Source of the DNA: Phyllobates terribilis | Taxonomy: Eukaryota | Length of the DNA: 64,000 nt | NCBI RefSeq assembly: GCF_046119375.1 | Contig: NW_027362764.1 | Span: forward strand, 189,038,001 to 189,102,000 | Direction of reading: 5' to 3' | Part shown: positions 1 to 10,171 of the stretch, in pieces | Position numbering within the stretch: position 1 is the stretch's first letter | Layout of the letters: every line of letters begins with the position of its first letter | Made by a program: the position numbers and the translations under genes | Notes under the pieces: generated by a model | Databases searched by the model: none | Seen by the model: the letters and a program-made list of their open reading frames with translations, nothing else | What the model was told of the DNA's origin: nothing

Positions 1-54
1 ATGCTTTGATGCTATTTTTAAGGCAAAGGATGGTTACACCAAATATTGATTTGA
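1..54 (+). mobile_element. 3' end of an old Tc1-like element (transposase end), continued at 10021-10171
   Basis: The aaggcaaaggatggttacaccaaatattgatttga motif is typical of Tc1 transposase 3' ends. The same 15-mer caaatattgatttga (40-54) recurs at 10021-10035, followed by the rest of a Tc1 right end. Confidence 0.65.
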
Positions 55-3000
55 ATACCTAATAGTGTTGAGCAAGCATGCTCGACACTGCTCGGTACTC
101 GCCTGAGCATCTCACTACTCGGGATGTTCGGCGAGCACCGAGCATTTTCGGGTTACTCGCGGGGGAGCTCGGGTATCCGTCTTGCATGTTTGGCGCTCTT
201 TACAGAGCCAATGAACATGCTGGGATTCCCAGCCAGTCACTGTAATGCCACAGCAATGTTGGTTGTGGGCATTATAGTGATTGGCTGGCCGCACAGTGTC
301 ACCTCGAGTATTTAAAACCGGGCGCCGCCATCTTGGACAAAGTCGCTCCAGATCAGACAGTGTAGGGAGAGTGCTGCTGAGCTAGGGAGAGATTTATACT
401 GTGAAATAGGTAGTGTAGGGTCTCTAAAGCCTGTAAAATCAAACAAACAGTCCTTCTGAGGACTAATATCCATCCCAGATATCAGGCAGGCTGTATAGGA
501 GACGCAGTGGTTATACCAACAAACACTGCATTACAGTCCTGTGTGCTGCTGCTGCTCAAATTGCTAGACTTAGCCCCAGGTCTCAGGGGCCAGGAAAAAT
601 CCTTTTTTTTTTTCCCTCAGTCAGACTGTACAAATACCCGTCTTATTAACCTTTTGGTATCCCCCCCCCCCCAAAAAAAAAAAATTGAGTGTGTCTGTGA
701 GTGTTCAGACACAAATATATCTGTTTAAAAGATTCTGGTGTAGGCCAGTGAAATAGAACTGTGGTTTTCCTCTTCCACGGTTCAAATCTGAGTGTAATCC
801 ACCTTTTTGCCTTTTTTACATAAAAAAAAAAAACAGTTTGAGTGTCTCGCTGACTGTTTAGACACAAATATATCTGTTTAAAAGATTCTGGTGTAGGCCA
901 GAGAAATAGAACTGTGGTTTTCCTTTTCCACGGTTCTAATCTCCTTTTTATTACCCTTTTCCCATTGATAGTGCGAGTGTAAGCTATTTTACTTCATTTA
1001 CAATGGGCAAGGCGTGTGGCACGGGACGTGGAACTGGACGTTCTGGTGATGGTGCGTGCAGAGGATGGGGCCGTGGCCAAGGTGAAAATGTGCCACAACC
1101 AACAGCCACTTCTTCTCGCTCCCAGTTCTTGACCGAATTACTAGGGAAGCACACAACAACACCACTATTGCGAACTGAACAGTGTGAACAGGTTATTAAT
1201 TGGATAGCAGATAATACTTCCAGTCACCTGGGCACCACCACCTCTGGTCTGTCTTCCACACGGTCAAGTCTTAGTAGTCGTGAGTGTCGACCGCATACAA
1301 CTCCTCACCCTGATGCTCCTTCCTCCCACCATGCCGAGTGTCGTCAGACAGCAACTGATCCCACAGTTGGACACTCTGAAGAGCTGTTCACTGGTCCATT
1401 TCCATATTTGGGCCCCTCGCCTGCTCCGCTTGAAGTGGTGAAAGAGAAGATCCCATGTAGCGATGGCCAAATATTTGAACAGCCACGGCCACAGGAAGGC
1501 GACGCTGGCAATTTGTCACAAGAGGTGGACGATGACGAGACACAATTGCCACGAAGTGAGGAGGAGGACCGTGGTGCGGAAGTGGAAGAGGAGGTGGTGG
1601 ATGATCAAGTAACTGACCCAATGTGGCAGGAGGACACGCAAAGCGAGGCCAGCAGCACACAGGGGGAGGGAGGCAGAGTACCCCAACAGGCAGGAAGAAG
1701 CAGTGTGGTGGCCGCAGACAGAAGGCGAGCAACCGTTCTCCGTAACACCAACATGAGGGACGTTGCCAGTACAACCGGTAGGTCTTCCTGAGTCTGAAAT
1801 TTTTTTAAAGACTCTGCTGATAATCCCAAAGAGGCCATTTGTACCACCTGCCAGGCCAGCATCAGCAGGGATGACAAAACTACCAGCCTGACCACCACCA
1901 GCATGATCAGGCACATATCAGCAAAGCACCCGACTTTGTGGGGCGAAACCCAGAGTCCACGACCAGTGTCAGCTGGCGTCACCACTGCTTCTTCCGCTGT
2001 TGTGCGTGTAAGAGAACCCCCTGTTGTGCATGCAAGGCAATCCCCTGTCCATACTGCATGCAAAGATGCCCCCCCCTCTCAGTCTTCACTTGTTATGGCA
2101 GTTTCTCAAGAAACAGCATCAACGTCCACTTCCCACCGCAGCGTTCAATTGTCGATATCCCAGACCTTTGAACGAAAGCGCAAATTCGCAGCCAACGCCC
2201 CAGAGGGAACAGTCCTAAATTCGCACATTTCACGACTGCTTGCGTTGGAAATGCTGCCTTTAGGCTGGCGGAGATGGAATCCGTCTGCGACCTTATGGCG
2301 GTGGCCGTCACTCGGTACTCGGTCTCCAGCTGACACTATTTTGCCCGGTGTGCCATCCCCGCACTACACAAGCACGTGTCCCAAAACATCTGCTGTGCCC
2401 TCAACAACGCAGTTACTGGGAGAGTCCACCTGACAACGGACACGTGGACAAGTGCTTGTGGCCGGGGACGGTACATCTCCCTGACGGTACACTGGGTAAA
2501 CATAGTGGAAGCCGGGACCCAGTCGGACCTTTGGACGGAACACATCCTCCCCACACCGACGATTGCGGGCCCTATGTCAGTCAGAGTTGCCCCCACAGTG
2601 TACAGCTCCTGCGCATCATCCTCCTCCTCATGTTCAGCCTCCATCTCAGATATTACCACATCAGTTACAAGCTGGAAGCACTGCAGTACTGCCTCAGTCA
2701 AGCAGCAACAGGCTGTGCTGAAACTCATAAGCTTAGGTGATAAACCTCACACTGCTTGTGAGTTGTGGACAGCTGTGAAAGAGCAGGCAGATCTGTGGCT
2801 GAGTCCGCTGAACCTACATCCTGGCATGGTCGTGTGTGGCAATGGCCGTAACCTGGTGGCGGCTCTGAGGCGAGGCGAGATCACACACGTGCCATGCCTG
2901 GCTCATGTGCTTAACCTCGTGGTTTAGCGGTTTCTTAAATCGTACCCCGAGTTGCTAGATCTGCTCGTCAAAGTACGCCACCTGTCAGCTCATTTTCTGA

Positions 3001-3230
3001 AGTCGGCTACAGCTTCCGCCGCCCTTGCTGTGTTGCAGCAGCGTTTGCAGCTTCCCGCACACCGACTGGGGTGTGATGTCCCCACACGTTGGAACTCTAC
3101 CCTCCACATGTTTCAAAGGAATTGTGAGCAGAAGAGAGCAGTTGTGGAGTACCAGCTGCAACAAGGCCGTCGATATTCAGGTCAGACTCCACACATAAGA
3201 CCTCAGGAGTGGACTTGGATGTCTGACATA

Positions 3231-4876
3231 CAGTTAGGTCCATATATATTTGGACAGAGACAACATTTTTCTAATTTTGGTTCTAGACATTACCACAATG
3301 AATTTTAAACAAAACAATTCAGATGCAGTTGAAGTTCAGACTTTCAGCTTTCATTGAGGGTATCCACATTAAAATTGGATGAAGGGTTTAGGAGTTTCAG
3401 CTCCTTAACATGTGCCACCCTGTTTTTAAAGGGACCAAAAGTAATTGGACTATTGACTCCAAGGCTATTTCATGGACAGGTGTGGGCAATTCCTTCGTTA
3501 TGTCATTCTCAATTAAGCAGATAAAAGGCCTTCAGTTGATTTGAGGTGTGGGGCTTGCATTTGGAAGGTTTTGATGTGAAGTAAACATGCGGTCAAAGGA
3601 GCTCTCCATGCAGGTGAAACAAGTCATCCTTAAGCTGCAAAAACAGAAAAACCCATCTGAGAAATTGCTACAATATTAGGACTGGCAAAATCTACAGTTT
3701 GGTACATCCTGAGAAAGAAAGAAAGCACTGGTGAACTCATCAATGCAAAAAGACCTGGGCGCCCACGGAAGACAACAGTGGTGGATGATCGCAGAATAAT
3801 CTCCATGGTGAAGAGAAACCCCTTCACAACAGCCAACCAAGTGAACAACACTCTCCAGGAGGTAGGCGTATCAATATCCAAATCTACCATAAAGAGAAGA
3901 CTGCATGAAAGTAAATACAGAGGGTTCACTGCACGGTGCAAGCCACTCATAAGCATCAAGAAGAAAAAGGCTAGACTGGACTTTGCTAAAAAACATCTAA
4001 AAAAGCCAGCACAGTTCTGGAAGAACATTCTTTGGACAGATGAAACCAAGATCAACCTCTACCAGAATGATGGAAAGAAAAAAGTATGGCGAAGGCGTGG
4101 TACTGCTCATGATCCAAAGCATACCACATCATCTGTAAAACACGGCGGAGGCAGTGTGATGGCTTGGGCATGCATGGCTGCCAGTGGCACTGGGTCACTA
4201 GTGTTTATTGATGATGTGACACAGGACAGAAGCAGCCGAATGAATTCTGATGTATTCAGAGCCATACTGTGTGCTCAGATCCAGCCAAATGCAGCCAAAC
4301 TGATTGGTTGTCGTTTCATACTACAGATGGACAATGACCAAAAACATAAAGCCAAAGCAACCCAGGAGTTTATTAAAGCAAAGAAGTGGAATATTCTTGA
4401 ATGGCCAAGTCAGTCACCTGATTTCAACCCAATTGAGCATGCATTTCACTTGTTAAAGAATAAACTTCAGACAGAAAGGCCCACAAACAAACAGCAACTG
4501 AAAACCACCGCAGTGAAGGCCTGGCAGAGCATCAAAAAGGAGGAAACACAGCGTCTGGTGATGTCCATGAGTTCAAGACTTCAGGCAGTCATTGCCAACA
4601 AAGGGTTTTCAACCAAGTACTAGAAATGAACATTTTATTTACAATTATTTAATCTCTCCAATTACTTTTGGTCCCTTTAAAAACAGAGTGGCACATGTTA
4701 AGGAGCTGAAACTCCTAAACCCTTCAGCCAATTTTAATGTGGATACCCTCAAATGAAAGCTGAAAGTCTGAACTTCAACTGCATCTGAATTGTTTTGTTT
4801 AAAATTCATTGTGGTAATGTCTAGAACCAAAATTAGAAAAATGTTGTCTCTGTCCAAATATATATGGACCTAACTG
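3231..4876 (+). mobile_element. Tc1 element (DD34E, ~220-bp TIRs), family Tc1-1 copy 1, inserted in the hAT-A transposase
   Basis: CAGTTAGGTCC...GGACCTAACTG ends; TA TSD at 3229-30 and 4877-78; TIRs ~3231-3449 and 4657-4876. The empty site gacatatgtacc is present in hAT-A copy 2. Confidence 0.96.
3587..4623 (+). pseudogene. Tc1 transposase (DD34E) with an N-terminal frameshift and stop
   Basis: ATG at 3587; 1-nt loss in an A-run and a TGA near 3650-3660. WTDETK, QMDND and SPDFNPIE motifs, with 34 residues between D and E counted by hand. Confidence 0.93.
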
Positions 4877-5860
4877 TATGTACCATCCTGCCAAACTTTG
4901 AGCAGTCGACCAAGATGGTGAGTGGCGATGACGCCATCATTAGCGTCAGCATCCCACTTGTCTGTCTTTTGCAACGCTCTCTGCAGAGAATTAAAGAGGA
5001 GGCATTGCAGCCAGAGTATGATGAGATGGATCAAGAAGCCGTAGCGGGTGATTACACACAGCCCAGCCTCATTTCATCCCAACGTACATTGGGGGACAAT
5101 GAGGGAGAGGATGAGGAGGAGGAGGAAGAACAGGAGCTGGTATCATGTGCTGTATATGGTAGTACCTGTACAACTGTCATACCATAGGTTCAGCGTGGGT
5201 GGCCTGAGGACGGGGGGAGGAGGAGGAGGAGAGCATGGTCAGTCGTCATCTTGGTGAGGATGTGGAAGTCTTGCCCGTTACCAGTCTGGCACGCATGGCT
5301 GACTTTATGTTATGCTGGGACAGTTTTCTGAGACCTGCCCAGCTTACAGGCCCTGGAGTGCGGGGTACTCTCACAAGGAGTGGAAAGTTTCAAAAGATGG
5401 TGAGGGAGTACCTTGCCGACCGTACCAGCGTCCTCCGTGATTACTCTGTGCCTTTTAATTATTGGGTATCCAAGCTGGACACTTGAAATGAATGCGCTAT
5501 TTACGCATTGGAGGTCCTGGCCTGCCCTGCCGCTAGCGTGTTATCGGAGCGTGTTTTTAGTGCCGCTGGGGGAATTATAACTGATAAGCGCACTCGCCTG
5601 TCAACTGACAATGCTGACAAGCTGACCCTTATCAAAATGAACAAGGGCTGGATTGGGCCAGACTTCTCATCACCACCAAATGACAGCAGAGTAACATAAA
5701 GTCAAATACACTGTGTTATTTTGGGAGGTGTATTGCGATGCACCGCTTCACACCCACACATGGGTATACACTTCCTCATTTTGGCTGTTTTTCCTTACCC
5801 TCAGCCTCCACCACCACTACACCACCAGGGTGACCGTGGTCCATGTTGCCAGCATTGCAA

Positions 5861-6255
5861 GTTCCTCCGTCTTAATTTTTGGCAGCTTTTGCTTGGAAGG
5901 CATAGGCAAAGACTATGGGAGAACCACTCCCCAATAATGGGAATAATGTTTTTTAATATGCTGTACTGCATGGCTCTTGTAATGGGCATTGCAAGTTCCT
6001 CCGTCCTAATTTTTGGCAGCTTTTGCTTGGAAGGCATAGCCAAAGACTATGGGAGACCCACTCCCCAATAATGGGAATAATGTTTTTAATATGCTGTACT
6101 GCATGGCTCTTGTAAGGGGCATTGCAAGTTCCTCCGTCCTAATTTTTGGCAGCTTTTGCTTCAAAGGCACAGGCAAAGACTATGGGAGACCCACTCCCCA
6201 ATAATGGGAATAATGTTTTTAATATGCTTTACTGCATGGCTCTTGTAAGGGGCAT
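5861..6255 (+). repeat. ~133-bp tandem unit x3 inside hAT-A (x2 in copy 2 at ~23150-23410)
   Basis: gttcctccgt... recurs at 5861, 5995 and 6128. Confidence 0.85.
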
Positions 6256-6990
6256 TAAAATCGTCTTGTTAAGCTACTGTGACCTCCACATCTCTTCCAA
6301 GGGTCATTGATATTGTCTTTTTATTCCACTGTGACATCAACGTCTCTTTCAAGGAGCATTAAAACCGTCTTTTTAAGCTACTGTGACCTCTACGTCTCTT
6401 CCAAGGGGCATTAAAACCGTCTTGTTAAACCACTCTGAACTCCACGTCTCTTCCAAGGGGCATTAAAATCGTCTTGTTAAGCTACTGTGACCTCCACGTC
6501 TCTTCCAAGGGTCATTGGTATTGTCTTTTTATTCCACTGAGACCTCCACCACTCTTCCAAGGGGCATTTATATTGTCTTTTTATTCCACTGCGACCTCCA
6601 CCACTCTTCCAAGGGGCATTGATATTGTCTTTTTATTCTACTGTAACCTCCACCACTCTTCCAAGGGGCATTGATATTGTCTTTTTATTCCACTGGGACC
6701 TCCACCACTCTTCCAAGGGGCATTGATATTGTCTTTTGATTCCATTGGGACCTCCACGTCCCTTCCAAGGGGCATTAAATCCGTCTTGTTAAACCACTCT
6801 GAACTCCACGTCTCTTCCAAGGGGCATTAAAACCGTCTTGTTAAGCTACTGTGACCTCCACGTCGCTTCCAAGGGGCATTAAAACCGTCTTCTTAAACCA
6901 CTCTGAACTCCACAGCTCTTCCAAGGGGCATTGAAATGTTGTTTTTAATTACCTCTAACCTCCACGACTCTTCCAATGGGCATTGCATTT
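6255..6990 (+). repeat. ~52-bp satellite inside hAT-A copy 1
   Basis: Repeated ccaaggggcattaaaaccgtcttgtt...ccacgtctctt units, plus a shorter gatattgtctttttattcc variant. Confidence 0.9.
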
Positions 6991-9611
6991 CCTCCTTATT
7001 TTAGTCAACTTTTGCTTTTCAATGCATAGGCGAACACTATGGGAGACCCACTCCCCAATAATGGGCAGAAGGTTTTTAGTACGCTGTAATCCACGTCTGT
7101 TTCAAGGGGCATTGCAGTTCCTCATAATTTTTGGAAAGCCTTCAATTCACTGCTTAGGCCAACAGTGTTAAGGTTTAGTTAAGGCCCTCTGACCTCCATG
7201 TCACTTCCAAGGGGCATTGGAGTGCCTCAAAATTTTTGGTAGGCATTGCACTCACCTATAAGTGTGTAGCCGAACCGCTCCTTTTGGTACAGAAACATAT
7301 CCTACAAGACATGTGTGGTTGACTGGCCTGATATTGATGTGAATGGTCCCTGTTCCTCCTGCTCTTTCTCCTTTGCCACCACCTCATCCATCATTCATCA
7401 CCTGAAGCTTTGTTTTAACGGGAGTCATAGAACTGGGATAATAGCAGGAAAACATCCAGCAATCCTTGGAGGAGGTAAGATATGCGCCAAAACGCTGACC
7501 ACCTCAGGCCTAGCCGCTACTACATACATGCGCTTGCATTCCAAGGAACAGAAAGCTAAGGAGATGGATGGCCTCATGATCATGAATAATTTACTCGTTG
7601 TGTAGGAGGCCGACCACTGCTGTTGTCTACCTTCTGAACTTTGTGATGAAGCATGAGTGACCCAGGACCCGCAATCCTAGTGTTCAACTGTGTCCCGGCT
7701 TCCACAATATTAACCCAGTGTGAAGGCGTCAGTGAGATGGACTATCCGTGGCCACATTCACTTGTCCAGGTGTTTGTGGTTAGACTGTCCTTCCCACTAA
7801 ATGCACTTGGGAGGCCCAATTTCAAGTGCAAGCAAGCAGTATGGTATTGCAGCCTGGGGGTGGGTGGGTAGCAGGCTGCATACTTGCGCTTGCATTGCAA
7901 GGAATGGGGGAGGTACAATTGAACACTGCCCTGGGACAAGGACTTGAACGGGGATAGTTGCAAATGTGCAACGACAGGTGCAGGGGAGGCATCTTCGCAT
8001 GTGCCATGAACAGGGGGTTGGCATGCACACACTACAGCGGAATAGGCTGTCCTTCCCATTAAATGCACTGGGGAGGGCACAAGTAATGTTTTCGTATGCG
8101 CGCTTGTGTATAAGGCGCACCGGGACAAATAGGGGCGGCTGGGGACAGAGTATGGACACCCGGCTGCCCCCTGGCGGCTGGAGACCGAGTGTGGACACCT
8201 GGCCGCTGGGCAGCTGGGACTGAGTATGGATACCAGGCCACCGACGCAGCCATGACATGGTGGCCGGCGTCTGCCTCCACAAGCCTAAAAGGCTTCATTT
8301 CAAGTGCAAGCAAGCTAGCAGTATGGTATTGCAGCCTGGGGGTGGGTGGGTGGCAGGCTGCACACTTACGCTTGCATTTCAAGAAAACAAAGCAGATGCT
8401 AACTTCTATCACCATCATGCTCCTCACCTTGGCACTCTCAACTCCCCTGATGGAGAATCCAGGGCCCACCGGAGGAGTCTGGTTGTCTGGTGGGCTCATC
8501 CAATGCTGCCCTGAAGCAGGCCAGGCTAAGAAAAGTGTGGGGAAGGTTCTCGGGACAAATAGTGGCGGTTTGGGACTGAGTATGGAGACCTTGCCACTGA
8601 CGCAGCCATGAGGTAGTAGCCAGCTTTTGTCTCCTCCAAACTAAAAGGCCCCATTTCAAGTGCAAGCTAGCAGTATAGTATTGCAGCCTGCGGGTGGGTG
8701 GGTGGTTGCCTGCATATTTGCGCTTGCATTGCAACGAATGGGGGAGGTACAATTGAACACTGCCCTGGGACAAGGACTTGCACAGGGATAGTTGCAAGTC
8801 TGCATCTTCTGATGTGGCAAGGATCACTTCTTATGGGCACACTATTAGGCAGTGACCTGGGTGTCAGAGATGCTTCCAGGGGTCTTCCCCGTGCTGTTCC
8901 CAAGTCTTTTCAGCACTGTATGCATGTGTCACACAGCACATGACCAGATAAGGTTGTAAAATGACATTTCCTGGTGAATGCATTTGTCACGGTTGAAAGC
9001 AATACAAAAGTGCAAAAACGCATAAAAAATGCTACTTGTGAACATAGCCCAAGGTGTGGAGGAGTATTTTTGTTTTTGGTTATTTATTTTACCTTATACA
9101 CAAGTCTTTACCCTGGAAAGGATGTTCCTTAACATATTTCACAGGAAAACAGTTTGTTTAGTTTTTGAACGTTTTATTGTGAGTCCGTAAAAGTGGCTTA
9201 ATACCTCTGACCACGTTATTGACAGCAGTGACCTGGGGGTCAGAAATGCTTCCTGGGGCGATCCCCATGCTGCCCCCATGTCATTTGAGCACTGTCACTA
9301 TCGTTTTGGGCACTTTTTAGGCTTTCTACAGACTGCCGGGGGTGCCGCCGCAAAAATGCTCGGGTCTGCCATAGACTAACATTGGGCTCGTTGCTCGGGT
9401 CGAGCACCCGAGTATCACGGTGAGCTCGGCCCGAGCTTCGAGCACCCGAGCATTTTAGTGCTCGCTCAACATTACTAATAGACCAAAATCAAGGGCTCTC
9501 CCATGAATCAAGAAAACCAATAGTTATATAGGAACATATAGCCAGAAATTCCTTAAAAAAAGATTTATTCTTTATTGCAGAAATATAAGAAAGAATTTTA
9601 ATACATTCATA

Positions 9612-9970
9612 TTGCATATATTAAATTGCATGTTAAATTTCCTAGAGGAGCATTGCACGGCGAATAAGCCTCCTTACATTGGCATGCCAGAGCCGGTGTG
9701 TCACTCTTCACAAGGAGAAACGTTATCCCTTAGACCTCAGTCCAAAGCCTCTCACCCAGCCAAATCAGTTCTCATACTTTGCACTGATGAGGGGACATAC
9801 CCCGAAACAATGTGTCTGCATATTGAGATTCTGATTTGGCTGTTATCCTAAGTCATATTGCAAGATTTATTAAAGGGTCGATAGTGAATTGTAGGATTGC
9901 TGCTTCCAACAGGTGGCGCTATAGAGTTTAAGTCCTCTTCCTGTCTGAAGAGGCAATTTGCATATTAAAT
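9612..9970 (+). mobile_element. Retrozyme-like non-autonomous retroelement monomer (~350 bp) with a hammerhead ribozyme
   Basis: Homologous by eye (roughly 80%) to the 330-bp tandem unit at 39483-40188 on the opposite strand. Central hammerhead sits within a long self-complementary stem. Confidence 0.8.
9780..9820 (+). ncRNA. Type I hammerhead ribozyme, intact core
   Basis: Stem I TGCA (9780-83)/TGCA (9817-20); CTGATGA 9784-90; stem II GGGG-acata-CCCC; GAAA 9804-07; stem III ACA-atg-TGT; GUC cleavage triplet 9814-16. Confidence 0.9.
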
Positions 9971-10020
9971 AATTTTAAGGAATTTCTGGCTATATGCTGC
10001 AATATAATTATAGGTTTTCT

Positions 10021-10171
10021 CAAATATTGATTTGATTTAGATTTTACTTTTGTTCTTTCACTTTGCATTTTGTTGATTAATAGAAATAAACTATTTATAC
10101 TTTTATTTTTTAAAGCATTCTTACTTTACAGCATATTTTCCACATCTGCCTGAAACTTTTGCACAGTATTG
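10021..10171 (+). mobile_element. Right end of the old Tc1 element begun at 1-54
   Basis: caaatattgatttgatttag...gcctgaaacttttgcacagtattg resembles a Tc1 right TIR region. Confidence 0.65.

Larger units (their letters stand above)
1003..5699 (+). pseudogene. hAT transposase of family A copy 1 (stops, frameshifts, Tc1 insertion, C-terminal deletion)
   Basis: BED-finger region (ICTTCQAS...MIRHISAKHP), TTDTWTS first Asp, CLAHVLNL CxxH, DVPTRWNST, and C-terminal dimerisation domain CPAASVLSERVFSAAGG...DKRTRLS. Stops at 1789 and 2925; second Asp reads CGNGRN. Confidence 0.93.
63..9474 (+). mobile_element. hAT (Ac-type) DNA transposon, family A, copy 1
   Basis: TIRs TAGTGTTGAGCAAGCA (63) and TGCTCGCTCAACATTA (ends 9474). 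CCGAG/CTCGG-rich subterminal repeats and a BED-finger hAT transposase. Homologous end to end with 17987-39016. Left flank ATACCTAA fits nTnnnnAn; the right TSD copy is eroded. Confidence 0.93.

Noticed and set aside
55-65. Perfect 8-bp TSD for hAT-A copy 1
   Set aside because: Left ATACCTAA versus right CTAATAGA share only CTAA. This is best read as an eroded TSD, so none is claimed.
1388-2740. Long antisense ORFs over the hAT transposases (also 35894-37383)
   Set aside because: Shadow frames of GC-rich coding sequence; stops differ between the two copies.
7315-7605. Conserved 96-aa second ORF of hAT-A (also 20911-21177)
   Set aside because: Conservation is explained by overall copy identity. 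There is only a vague BED-like resemblance and no recognisable domain.
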